20,000 nucleotides of DNA from an uncultured virus (IMG/VR IMGVR_UViG_3300007770_000006) (IMGVR_UViG_3300007770_000006); one strand, 5' to 3'; numbered from the stretch's first letter, positions 1-8,090 are shown. The notes: a model not told the origin generated them from the letters alone. Program-made: numbers and translations.

Positions 1-83
1 TCCAGCAGTGTCTCGACGCGATCGAGAAACGCGGTGGGATCGTTCGGTGCTGAATCAGGGGACTGGCTGTCGGTTGCGGACAC
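1..83 (-). CDS. 5' part of a probable tail assembly chaperone (runs off the window's left edge)
   Basis: GTG at 83 with a GGAGG RBS at 88-92. The frame MSATDSQSPDSAPNDPTAFLDRVETLL is open to the edge. Product assigned only from its position after the tail tube gene. Confidence 0.5.
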   Translation of the reverse strand, partial: MSATDSQSPDSAPNDPTAFLDRVETLL

Positions 84-112
84 TGCGCCTCCGGGGCGTG
101 CGGTTCCGGATC

Positions 113-122
113 AGCGTATCAC
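113..122 (-). promoter_or_regulatory. Putative extended -10 element GTGATACGCT, inside a TCAGCGT/ACGCTGA hairpin (111-127)
   Basis: TGn-TAnnnT match in the gap upstream of the GTG at 83. Same motif family as in other gaps. Confidence 0.4.
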
Positions 123-167
123 GCTGACTCGGCAGCACCACCCATCGGCGCAGACTCAGCGTCGAGA

Positions 168-722
168 CTACAGCTCGCGAACGATCTTCATCAGCTGATC
201 GGTCGCCGGCAGCGCGTTGCTGCCCCAATCGGTCGTGACGCGCTGAGCGTTGTAGGAATACTCGAACCCGTGCTCATCGTGACCGAACGGCAGCGCCAGC
301 CCAGCCTCGGAAACGACCTCCCAGAGATACACATTCATCGTGTTACCGGAAACCGCCATGTAGTGCTGGATGTGCATGGCGAGCCGCGTGACGATCGGAT
401 CGCCGCCCCAGGCAAACGTCTCGGACACGCCCGCAGAGACGGTCGTGGTTCCAGCGCCGAGAGCGTGGCCGAACCGGTCAAAATTCCACTCGATCCCGCT
501 GACCTTCGCCATCACGCTCTGCGCCTGCGTGAACGTGTAGACACTGATCTTGGGGTTGCCCTGCGAGATTGAGCGCTTCTCGCTGGACACCTCGATGGAC
601 ACGCCGTCCTCGGTGATCGAGCCCACGTCGGTTGTGGGCGTCGCGCCGGCCACGCCCATGTAGAGCACGGCGGGTCCAAAGCTGATGTCGTTGGTGGTGA
701 CTGTCGGGACGTTGTACGGCAT
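168..722 (-). CDS. Major tail (tube) protein
   Basis: 184 aa, beta-rich. The N-terminus ISFGPAVLYMG...DVGSITEDGVSIEVS resembles siphophage tail tubes. It has a GAGGA RBS, strongly C/G-biased codons, and lies downstream of the tail terminator. Confidence 0.75.
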   Translation of the reverse strand: MPYNVPTVTTNDISFGPAVLYMGVAGATPTTDVGSITEDGVSIEVSSEKRSISQGNPKISVYTFTQAQSVMAKVSGIEWNFDRFGHALGAGTTTVSAGVSETFAWGGDPIVTRLAMHIQHYMAVSGNTMNVYLWEVVSEAGLALPFGHDEHGFEYSYNAQRVTTDWGSNALPATDQLMKIVREL

Positions 723-791
723 CGGGTGATCCTCGATTCGACGGATTCACCGCTCGCGCCTGATCAGCGTCCCTGGCGGTTGTACGCTTGA

Positions 792-820
792 ACCCTACCA
801 CGAGCCCGCCCCGCCGTCCA
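792..820 (-). promoter_or_regulatory. Putative sigma70-type promoter for the tail tube gene
   Basis: The minus strand reads TGGACG-17 nt-TAGGGT, with a TG extension (GTGGTAGGGT). Confidence 0.5.
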
Positions 821-826
821 GACGGG

Positions 827-1204
827 CTATTTCTTCGCGTCGATACGGGCCGCCGTTCGGGTGTCGCGTAGCTCGTTCACTTCCGCGCAGCGCCGACATG
901 GAACGCGGGTGCTGCCGCCAATCCCAGGCGTCGAGTAGACCACCAGCTCTTTGTACCGAATCCGCAGCTCGTCCGTGTCCGGGTTATACACGCCGAGGCG
1001 TGCGCCACAGTTTCTGCATGACCACACGGTGTCGCGCATCTTCGCCAGCTTGCCGTCGTCAGCGTCCGCGCTGTGTTGCAGCAGCAGTAGCTGAACGGTC
1101 TGGTGCGTTGCTGCGAGTGCAGACTGCAGGTCAGGCAGCGCCTCTGCGACTCTCGCGGCCTGTAGCTCCAGAGCCATTAGCCGTTCGTTCGTGTCTGTGC
1201 TCAC
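827..1204 (-). CDS. Com-like zinc-ribbon protein with an N-terminal coiled coil
   Basis: GTG at 1204 has a GGGGG RBS and overlaps the upstream stop (GTGA). CRNC...CRRC knuckles (WSCRNCGARLG...VPCRRCAEVNEL) resemble phage Mu Com. Confidence 0.6.
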   Translation of the reverse strand: MSTDTNERLMALELQAARVAEALPDLQSALAATHQTVQLLLLQHSADADDGKLAKMRDTVWSCRNCGARLGVYNPDTDELRIRYKELVVYSTPGIGGSTRVPCRRCAEVNELRDTRTAARIDAKK

Positions 1205-1404
1205 CGAGCACCCCCCATTGTGCGCGGTATACGCACGCTCGCGCCGCACTCTGCGCAACGTGAGTCTCTGAACTGTAGACTCGTAGCGTCGAGCGGGGCC
1301 TGCTCCCGGATCTTTGCCACGACGTGCCCGCTCGGGCATAAAATGCGCGTTTCGTCTGCGCGTTTCGTCTGCGCTGATGCTGCGGCCCAAGACTGACTCT
1401 GCAT
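1201..1404 (-). CDS. Small zinc-ribbon protein (67 aa)
   Basis: ATG at 1404 overlaps the tail terminator TAA (TAATG) and has an AGGAG RBS. Metal-binding pattern CPSGH...CAECG. The stop overlaps the next start. Confidence 0.55.
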   Translation of the reverse strand: MQSQSWAAASAQTKRADETRILCPSGHVVAKIREQAPLDATSLQFRDSRCAECGASVRIPRTMGGAR

Positions 1405-1826
1405 TACGATCTCCTGCCGGCCCGAACGACCCACAGACCCTCGCACCAGTGCGCGCGGGCCTGCTCGTTCCACCCGGACTCCGGGCGCTGCTGTTCGAGA
1501 GCATAGCCCGCCGAGCTTACGCCGTCCCGACGCAGAGTCTGATGATGCAGCGCTGCGTGGCACAGATCGTACAGTCGCATTGCTTCGCCGAGCGAGCCGC
1601 GATGATACGTGTAGAGAAACAGGGTCGCCGTCTGGAATCCGCTCGTGGGGCTCGCTCCACCCCCCTCCAGCTCCAGAATGATCAGCGGGTAGACGGTCGA
1701 CCGGTCGTCCGGTGTTCGCGGGTGCGCGCCGAGAACGCGGCCCCCTACGATCTCTGAAATGGCAGCGTCTGTCATCAGCTTATGACGGAGTAGGGCGATC
1801 AGCTCCTGTGTGTCTGCAAACGCCAC
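1404..1826 (-). CDS. Tail terminator / tail completion protein (DUF3168-like)
   Basis: 140 aa with the pattern LMTDAAISEIVGGRV...YPLIIL...ATLFLYTY...LYDLCHAALH. Lies between the neck gene and the tail tube. Confidence 0.7.
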   Translation of the reverse strand: MAFADTQELIALLRHKLMTDAAISEIVGGRVLGAHPRTPDDRSTVYPLIILELEGGGASPTSGFQTATLFLYTYHRGSLGEAMRLYDLCHAALHHQTLRRDGVSSAGYALEQQRPESGWNEQARAHWCEGLWVVRAGRRS

Positions 1827-1829
1827 GCC

Positions 1830-2384
1830 CTACCTCGTTCCGCCGAATCTCAGGCCGGCTTGTGTTCGCATAACGCGACCGAACATGACCACCGCGATCT
1901 TGAACAGCTTTTTTCTCATGTCCGGCGAGTATATCGCGCCGCCGAGAACGTCGCGCCCGAGCATGATCTTGGTGCCGAGAATCACATGCCGCACATAGCT
2001 GGGCGGGCTACTATCGAAGCCGATGCGAAACTTATAATGAACGCCGCCGCCCGCGCCGCCCGGGCGGCGGACCAGCTTGCCGTCGAGCGACTGTGCGAGC
2101 CGCCCGCTATGTGTATGCACAACATGCGGCTCGCCTGGATGAACGCGGATCGCACCGTGTCTGCGGGCGTACGGGTGATCGAGCCGGGCGAGATCTTCGA
2201 GAGTGTGATCCCGTTTCAACACGTCGCGGCGCACCCGATCGAGCGCAACAGCGCCCATGCCCTGTAGGGCAAGACGGGTCGCCGTCTTCAGTCTGCCCTT
2301 CTTGATCTCGCGCAGATTGAAAGAAACGAGCCCGGCACCGTGCAGAATCGTCTTGGTCGCCGCCTTCGACACACTCGCCCCCAC
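1830..2384 (-). CDS. Neck/tail-component protein (HK97 gp10-like position)
   Basis: Basic 184-aa protein with an HSGRLAQSL motif and YVRHVILGTKIM. Directly upstream of the tail terminator. Confidence 0.55.
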   Translation of the reverse strand: MGASVSKAATKTILHGAGLVSFNLREIKKGRLKTATRLALQGMGAVALDRVRRDVLKRDHTLEDLARLDHPYARRHGAIRVHPGEPHVVHTHSGRLAQSLDGKLVRRPGGAGGGVHYKFRIGFDSSPPSYVRHVILGTKIMLGRDVLGGAIYSPDMRKKLFKIAVVMFGRVMRTQAGLRFGGTR

Positions 2385-5318
2385 TCACCCCTGATTCTGC
2401 ACTCCTGACGCGGGCGCGTCCACCGCGATCGTCTGCTGAACGGTCGGGCCGGCCATCGGCAGACTCTGCGCAGAGTCTGCGAGCGCCGCCGCGGCGGCAG
2501 ACTCAGCGAGATCGATCAGCTCGTCGAGGTTCACGTCCGGCGGCACCGTGGCACCGCGGCGCGCGGCCCCCAGCACGGGCTGATCGGGCGCGTGCTGACT
2601 CAGCGTTTCGACGAGCTGAATCGTGGCGTCGCGCAGCTCGTGCGCCGGGCTCAGACGCTCGGCAGCCGCGGCGAGCAGCTGCCGACCCTTGCGCAAGTGA
2701 TGCAGCGCCGCCTCGCGGAACGGCAGGTAACCGTTGCCCGCGGTGCGCAGCGCGATCTCGTAGCAGCGCCACTGTTCGTCAAACAGCCCGTCATTCCCGA
2801 ACTGCAGCCCGAGCGACACCCACGCGCCCGGGCTTGTGAGCGGCGCATCGCGAATCTGCAGACTCAGCAGCCGGGTGTACCGGACGAGCTTCTGCTGGGT
2901 TGCCGCGTCGCCGCGACTCAGCCCCAGGTGTTCGATGATGAACGGCGCATAGCGCACATTCGGGTGGACGCCGCTCGCGCCGAGTCTCGCGAGCCCGTGC
3001 TCCAGCGTTTCGTGGACGCGACCGTTGAACCGCAAGATTCCGCCGTCGAGCCGGAACATGCGGGTATTCTCGCTCCAGTTGAACGTGCCGCCCGGGCGGT
3101 AGTTTCTGAAGCGGAACATCCATGCCCAGCCGTTCGCACACTCTGCGAGTCTGCGGATCGAAACGAGCGTGGCAAACGCCGGTGCCATGTGTTCGTCGGG
3201 GTCCATGACCCAGCACCAGCCGCACCCGAGCCGGCGCAGCTCGTCGACGCCGGCATTTCGGGCGGCCGCCAGATCGTCGTCGAGCGGGTGCGAGATCCAG
3301 CGCGCGCCGAACCGGGCGGCGATGTATTGCATGTCGTCGGACGGCGCAGAGTCTTCCGGCCCGGTCCAGACGAGCACGATTTGATCGGCCACGCCGTAAC
3401 TAAGATCCAGCCAGCGCATGAGATCGTGGGACTGCTCGCCCGCGTGCCAAAGCATTGTGAGCCCGATCCCGTTGTCGGGACGGTACGCCTGCATGGACAT
3501 GCCCTCCTCGTCGACGAGATGAGCGTAGCCGCCGCGACTCTGCGACGTTCCCTGAGTCAGCATCGCGTCAGGGTTGCGGTCGATCTGCATATAGCGCTGA
3601 TACTTGCGCCGGCGGTCCTGCGGGCGCATGTACCCGTAATGACGCCAGCGCCAAGCGGCGACGCGCTTTGCGTTCTGTCCGGTGTCGGGCACGTTGCCGC
3701 AGTGCAGCCCGATCTCGTTCCCAGCGATGATCTGCTGGTGCTCCGAATGCATCACGCGCCACAGACGGAACCCGCGCATACTCGAAGTCCAGCCGTGCGC
3801 CCACGGAGCGTCGACACGGGCCAGCCGCGGGCTGTCCCAATGATTGATCCAGCCGGTGTCGTAGTGTGTGACCGCGGGATCGGGGTGCCGAGTCAGGCGG
3901 CGCAGGTGTCCGCGGGTGATCCGGTCCTCGGGGATCTCGTCGTGATCGACGCTCAGCATCCAGTCGGGCTGCAGAGTCATGCCGAGCTGAATCGCGGCGT
4001 TCCGCTCGTCGCGCTCGTTCCACGTTTCGGCCCGATGAAGACTCGCGACCGTGTCGACACCCGGCGCTATCTCGGCGAGATACGCATTCAGCGCAGACAC
4101 GATGGACTCAGAATCGGCCGAGTCAGCACACGCGGCGACGAGCTTTGCGTCCGTCGCAGACATGCGACCCCGATCGCTCTCCCACTCCGCGTTCGAGACT
4201 ACGTCTGCGGGGTTGTTCGTCGCGAGAATCGCGATCCCGTCGACAAGCTGCGCGACCCGGCGCAGAGACATCGAGAGCATCGAGACATCCCAGGGAACGT
4301 CCCACTTCATGCGGTAGATCGCGACGACGCGATGATCGCGGTCAGTAGTGGATTCCCACTGCCGCAGATACTCGGCAGCGTTGCCGAGCCCGCGCTGCGC
4401 CTCGGGAAAGTGCGCGTCCAGAGTCTGATGACCCAGGTGATGCACATACGTCTGACCGGCGATCACAAGCCGCCAGCCGGCGTGCTGCGCCCGAACGGCG
4501 ATGTCATTGTCGTCGTAGCCGCCGATTGCGAACGCGGGATTGAGCAGACACGCATCGCCGCTTTCGTCGATGAACAGCATGTCAGCGATGCACGCGCGAC
4601 GGTACACGACACAGAGCCCGGACAGAAAGCTCGCGCTCATGGGGTACGGGTTCCCCTTGCGCGTGAAATCGGCCGCGAAGCGCTCAAGCATACGCGGCCC
4701 GTCGTTCGTGAATGCCGCGCCGTTCGTGAACTTCATATCCGGGGCCGTCACCTTCTGAAGACCACAAACCTCGTTCGAGCACGGGCCGACCATGCCGATC
4801 TTTCCGTACGACTCAGCTGCGCGCGGCGGGGCGGCGTCGCCCGCCGGACCAACCTCCCCCTGCTGAATGATGAATTCGGGATCGAGCGCGTTACCCATGC
4901 GGGCCAGCCAGCCGGTCGTGACGAGAACGTCATCGTTGATGATCGCGACCACTTCGGGCATTCCGTCGACGCACAGCGCGCGAACGCCCGCGTTGACTGC
5001 GCCGGTCCAGCCGGCGGCGGCGGGCAGCTCGACCCAGCGCAGATCCACCGCCGAGTCACCGAATGCGTTGGCACTGTCGACGAGAGCGCCGATCTGACCT
5101 TTCACAATCCCGACGAGCGGAACGGTGGCCGCCACCGGGTTTATCACGATCAGCAGTTGCCAGCTCTGCAGTGTCGTCGCTTCGAGCAGCCGCTGCACAC
5201 AGCCGATCAGCAGCTCGGGATCTCCGACGGTCGGGATCATGACGACCGCTTGGCACTGATCGTCGCCCATGTTGCGAACGTGCGGGGCCGGGCCGCGGCC
5301 CGTTGACTCTGCGCTCAT
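2385..5318 (-). CDS. Multidomain glycosyltransferase: three GT-A/GT2 domains plus a TPR-like C-terminus
   Basis: Domain 1: IPTVG, GWTGAVNAG, INDD, GYDDND, VHHLG. Domain 2: ERNAA, WMLSVDHDE, HYGY. Domain 3: AAARNAG, WVMDPDE, FNGRVHE, IEHLG. Then a TPR-like helix pair AWVSLG...YEIAL. GGAGG RBS. Confidence 0.85.
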   Translation of the reverse strand: MSAESTGRGPAPHVRNMGDDQCQAVVMIPTVGDPELLIGCVQRLLEATTLQSWQLLIVINPVAATVPLVGIVKGQIGALVDSANAFGDSAVDLRWVELPAAAGWTGAVNAGVRALCVDGMPEVVAIINDDVLVTTGWLARMGNALDPEFIIQQGEVGPAGDAAPPRAAESYGKIGMVGPCSNEVCGLQKVTAPDMKFTNGAAFTNDGPRMLERFAADFTRKGNPYPMSASFLSGLCVVYRRACIADMLFIDESGDACLLNPAFAIGGYDDNDIAVRAQHAGWRLVIAGQTYVHHLGHQTLDAHFPEAQRGLGNAAEYLRQWESTTDRDHRVVAIYRMKWDVPWDVSMLSMSLRRVAQLVDGIAILATNNPADVVSNAEWESDRGRMSATDAKLVAACADSADSESIVSALNAYLAEIAPGVDTVASLHRAETWNERDERNAAIQLGMTLQPDWMLSVDHDEIPEDRITRGHLRRLTRHPDPAVTHYDTGWINHWDSPRLARVDAPWAHGWTSSMRGFRLWRVMHSEHQQIIAGNEIGLHCGNVPDTGQNAKRVAAWRWRHYGYMRPQDRRRKYQRYMQIDRNPDAMLTQGTSQSRGGYAHLVDEEGMSMQAYRPDNGIGLTMLWHAGEQSHDLMRWLDLSYGVADQIVLVWTGPEDSAPSDDMQYIAARFGARWISHPLDDDLAAARNAGVDELRRLGCGWCWVMDPDEHMAPAFATLVSIRRLAECANGWAWMFRFRNYRPGGTFNWSENTRMFRLDGGILRFNGRVHETLEHGLARLGASGVHPNVRYAPFIIEHLGLSRGDAATQQKLVRYTRLLSLQIRDAPLTSPGAWVSLGLQFGNDGLFDEQWRCYEIALRTAGNGYLPFREAALHHLRKGRQLLAAAAERLSPAHELRDATIQLVETLSQHAPDQPVLGAARRGATVPPDVNLDELIDLAESAAAAALADSAQSLPMAGPTVQQTIAVDAPASGVQNQG

Positions 5319-5344
5319 TTCACCTCCAGGGGCGTGTCTGCACA

Positions 5345-5357
5345 GACTGTATCACCG
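5345..5357 (-). promoter_or_regulatory. Putative extended -10 promoter CGGTGATACAGTC upstream of the glycosyltransferase
   Basis: Exact 13-bp copy of 9557-9569. Contains TG-A-TACAGT. Confidence 0.55.
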
Positions 5358-5375
5358 CGCGTCAGCGCGGGCCAA

Positions 5376-6005
5376 TCATGTGTCTCTGCGGGTCAGACTC
5401 AGCGTCCAGTGAGCTGCAGACACGCCGAACCCGATCCGGGTTTCCTGCACAGACTGAATCAGCCACTCATCGCCCGACACGGGCTCGATCACGATGTCGC
5501 CGACACGCGGTGTCCAGACTTCCTCGTATCCGATCAGAACGTCGAACGAGCCCGACTCGTGGGTGCCGGATTTCGCCGCTCGCCAGTTTGCGCCGCCACG
5601 CTGACGAAACAGCGCCGGCCGGCCCGTCGCCACGGCGGTTCGCTGAAGCTGCGCGCCGCCGTCTGCTCCGACCGTCGAGATCGCAACCGTCGGCGGCGAC
5701 GATTCATCGTGCAGACCCGCTGTCGCGATCGTGGGCGTCGTTCCGGCCTTCCATCGGCCGGTCGTCTGCTGCGCCCCGTTGCCGGTGAACGTCAGCGACT
5801 CGACCTGCGCCGAGTCGTCGGGCGCTGTTCCAGTGATCGTGACCGATCCGGTTCCGTCTGTGCCGCCGGCGATCTCGACTTGCAGAAAGCACTCGGCCCG
5901 GATCTCTCTGTCCAGAGTCATCGCCGCCGCCGCAGTCGCAGCGTCGAGAACGAACGCAGAGCGCCGATACACGTCCAGATAGCGATTCGCTGAGCTGAAG
6001 ATCAT
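5376..6005 (-). CDS. Probable head-closure/head-tail joining protein with an inserted Thr/Gly-rich beta domain
   Basis: ATG 6005 overlaps the upstream TGA. The C-terminus PRVGDIVIEPVSGDEWLIQSVQE...HWTLSL fits the SPP1 gp16/lambda FII stopper pattern. Confidence 0.6.
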   Translation of the reverse strand: MIFSSANRYLDVYRRSAFVLDAATAAAAMTLDREIRAECFLQVEIAGGTDGTGSVTITGTAPDDSAQVESLTFTGNGAQQTTGRWKAGTTPTIATAGLHDESSPPTVAISTVGADGGAQLQRTAVATGRPALFRQRGGANWRAAKSGTHESGSFDVLIGYEEVWTPRVGDIVIEPVSGDEWLIQSVQETRIGFGVSAAHWTLSLTRRDT

Positions 6006-6577
6006 GATTCGGGCTCTGTCTGTTTGATTCCCCAACCGTCCCGGCCGGGCTTCTCGATGAACATAGAGTGACCGCGCAGATACTCGCTATGGTACGGCAA
6101 TTCGTAGCAGTCTGCACGACACGCGGCGGCCTGCCATGATCGCCAATGCCACAGCTTGAACCGCGAGATCGAGCGGATCGGGCATCGCGGAACGTGCCGA
6201 TACTTGACGAATTCGTGCGCCGGCTCGCCGCGCTGTGCCCAGCCAACGCGCCGCTCGCTCGCTTCGATCTCGCCGCTCGGACGGAGCACCCAGATCACCG
6301 CGAGCCCGTCGACGGGCGGCAAGTGGTGCAGCATAAACGTAAGACCCGGGGCCTGTAGCACCCACGGGCGCTGCTCAGCGAGCAGCCGAGTCAGCACGTC
6401 CACGCGGCTGACTCGGATCGCAGACTCGTCGACGAAATCCCGGCCGAGTGTTGCGGCCAGCGCTTTCGCCGAGAACGTCGTCCCGCTACGCTGCGGGCCG
6501 GTCACGATGATTTGACGTGTCGGGCCGAGCGACGAACGGATCTCGTCGAGAGTGCGAAGCGTGCGCGGCGCGCTCAT
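6002..6577 (-). CDS. Sulfotransferase-family (PAPS-binding P-loop) protein
   Basis: IIVTGPQRSGTTF matches the 5'-PSB loop and VIWVLRPSGEIEAS matches the 3'-PB motif. ATGA-coupled on both sides. Confidence 0.65.
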   Translation of the reverse strand: MSAPRTLRTLDEIRSSLGPTRQIIVTGPQRSGTTFSAKALAATLGRDFVDESAIRVSRVDVLTRLLAEQRPWVLQAPGLTFMLHHLPPVDGLAVIWVLRPSGEIEASERRVGWAQRGEPAHEFVKYRHVPRCPIRSISRFKLWHWRSWQAAACRADCYELPYHSEYLRGHSMFIEKPGRDGWGIKQTEPES

Positions 6578-7089
6578 TCGGTGCCGTCGCTCTGTGCCGC
6601 CGTAGCGGGCGCAGGTGCGGCGCTGACCGGCTCGCGCTCTGCTGTCGCGGGCTCGGCCCGGGCGGCCCGCTTGATCGGGCGCTGCAGCCGCTCAGCGGGC
6701 CGCCAGCCGCCGTCGCTGAACGTCTCGAAGATCAGGCCCGGCCGCACCCGCATCGGGCCGTCGACCCGATACACGGTGTCGGCGTCGCCGGCGTCGCCGG
6801 CGGCGCGCGGCCCGCTGTCGAGCTGAAGCGCGATGCGGCCGCGGCACGGCCGCGGCAGTCGCAGCAGCTCGCGCAGCTGTGCGGCATCGCCCCACACGAT
6901 CTGGCACCCCTGCTCGCGCAGACGGATCGATCCGCTGTCAGCGATCCGGAACGCCGAGCCGCGGCCCGTGCGCGGGATCGCGGCGTCGCCGCAGCGAACG
7001 GCGACGAGCGGAGCAAAGTGAACGCCGAGGATCGCTGCCTCGGGCGCGTCAGGTGCGGGCAGAAAGCCGAACAGAGCATCGCGGGACAT
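6574..7089 (-). CDS. Hypothetical protein (171 aa)
   Basis: ATG 7089 with an AGGGG RBS directly after the dehydratase stop. Its own stop overlaps the sulfotransferase start. Confidence 0.55.
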   Translation of the reverse strand: MSRDALFGFLPAPDAPEAAILGVHFAPLVAVRCGDAAIPRTGRGSAFRIADSGSIRLREQGCQIVWGDAAQLRELLRLPRPCRGRIALQLDSGPRAAGDAGDADTVYRVDGPMRVRPGLIFETFSDGGWRPAERLQRPIKRAARAEPATAEREPVSAAPAPATAAQSDGTE

Positions 7090-7091
7090 GG

Positions 7092-8090
7092 TCACCCCTG
7101 AGAGTATGCGGCGAGTCGCGGCACGGCCGAGCTGTCCGCATAGTGCTGAAACAGTGCGCGCAGCTCTGCCGGATCGCTGAGTCTGCGCCGAGCCCGCCAA
7201 CCGAGCGATTCGAGAATCGACGAGCCGTCGACACAGTAGCACGAGTCTTGGCCGGGCCTGTCGGGCGCAATCTGCGCCGCCGAGTCGACGCCGCCCGCCC
7301 GGGCGATCATGCGAACGACGGCGCGAACGCTCAGCACTTCCGAGCCCGCGAGATTGAACACGCGCCCGTGTGTTTCGCCGGCGACGAGAGACACGGCGAC
7401 CCTGTGAAGCGCGTCCGCAAACTCTGAAACGTGCAGCCACTGTCGCAACTGTGCGCCGCCGCCATGCAGCGGGACGAGCTTGCCGGCGGCGACCCGCAGA
7501 CACGCGATCGGGATCAGCTTCTCACTGAACTGCCAGAACCCCCACGCATTCGATCCGCGAGTGATTGCCCAGCGCAAGCCCGCAGACACGCCAGCAGCCC
7601 GCACGGCGTGCTCGCCGGCGGCCTTGCTTGCGCTGTACGGGCTCGACGGGTTGAGTGGCGCAGACTCGTCGACGGGAACAGGCCGATCGAAGCCGTCAAC
7701 CGGCGTCGAGCCATACACCTCGTCGGTGCCGCAATAGACCATCGGAACGCCTGCGGCAGCGCAGGCGTGAGCCACGATTGCCGTTCCGGTCGCGTTTGTG
7801 TTCCACGTCTCGACGGGTGCTGTGAGGCTGTGATCGACGTGCGATTGTGCAGCAACGTGTATGCACACGTCGGGCCGACGCTCTCGCAGTAGGCCGTCGA
7901 CTCGCCAGTATTGCGACACCGAGCCGCGAACGAGCCGATCGCCGATCAGATCGCGCACCCGCTGACGACCCGTCGCGCCCCGATCGAACGAGTCGAGAAC
8001 GCAGACCCTGTCTGCGCCATATTCGGCGACGAGCTGTGCGACGAGCTGCTGCCCGATGAATCCGCATCCACCGGTGATCATGACCTTCAT
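7092..8090 (-). CDS. rfbB: dTDP-glucose 4,6-dehydratase-like extended SDR (RmlB/RfbB family)
   Basis: Starts MKVMITGGCGFIG (GxxGxxG). Also HVAAQSHVD, TDEVYG, catalytic YSASK, EKLIP and DRPGQD. ATG 8090 overlaps the upstream TGA. Confidence 0.85.
   Translation of the reverse strand: MKVMITGGCGFIGQQLVAQLVAEYGADRVCVLDSFDRGATGRQRVRDLIGDRLVRGSVSQYWRVDGLLRERRPDVCIHVAAQSHVDHSLTAPVETWNTNATGTAIVAHACAAAGVPMVYCGTDEVYGSTPVDGFDRPVPVDESAPLNPSSPYSASKAAGEHAVRAAGVSAGLRWAITRGSNAWGFWQFSEKLIPIACLRVAAGKLVPLHGGGAQLRQWLHVSEFADALHRVAVSLVAGETHGRVFNLAGSEVLSVRAVVRMIARAGGVDSAAQIAPDRPGQDSCYCVDGSSILESLGWRARRRLSDPAELRALFQHYADSSAVPRLAAYSQG

Noticed and set aside
2592..5306. 904-aa plus-strand ORF
   Set aside because: It is the antisense shadow of the glycosyltransferase in GC-rich DNA, with no motifs and opposite to the operon direction.
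7092..8090. Host O-antigen/rml operon or a chimeric assembly
   Set aside because: No rmlA/C/D, flippase or polymerase is present. The gene overlaps a phage ORF and carries the same octamer as the flanking phage genes.
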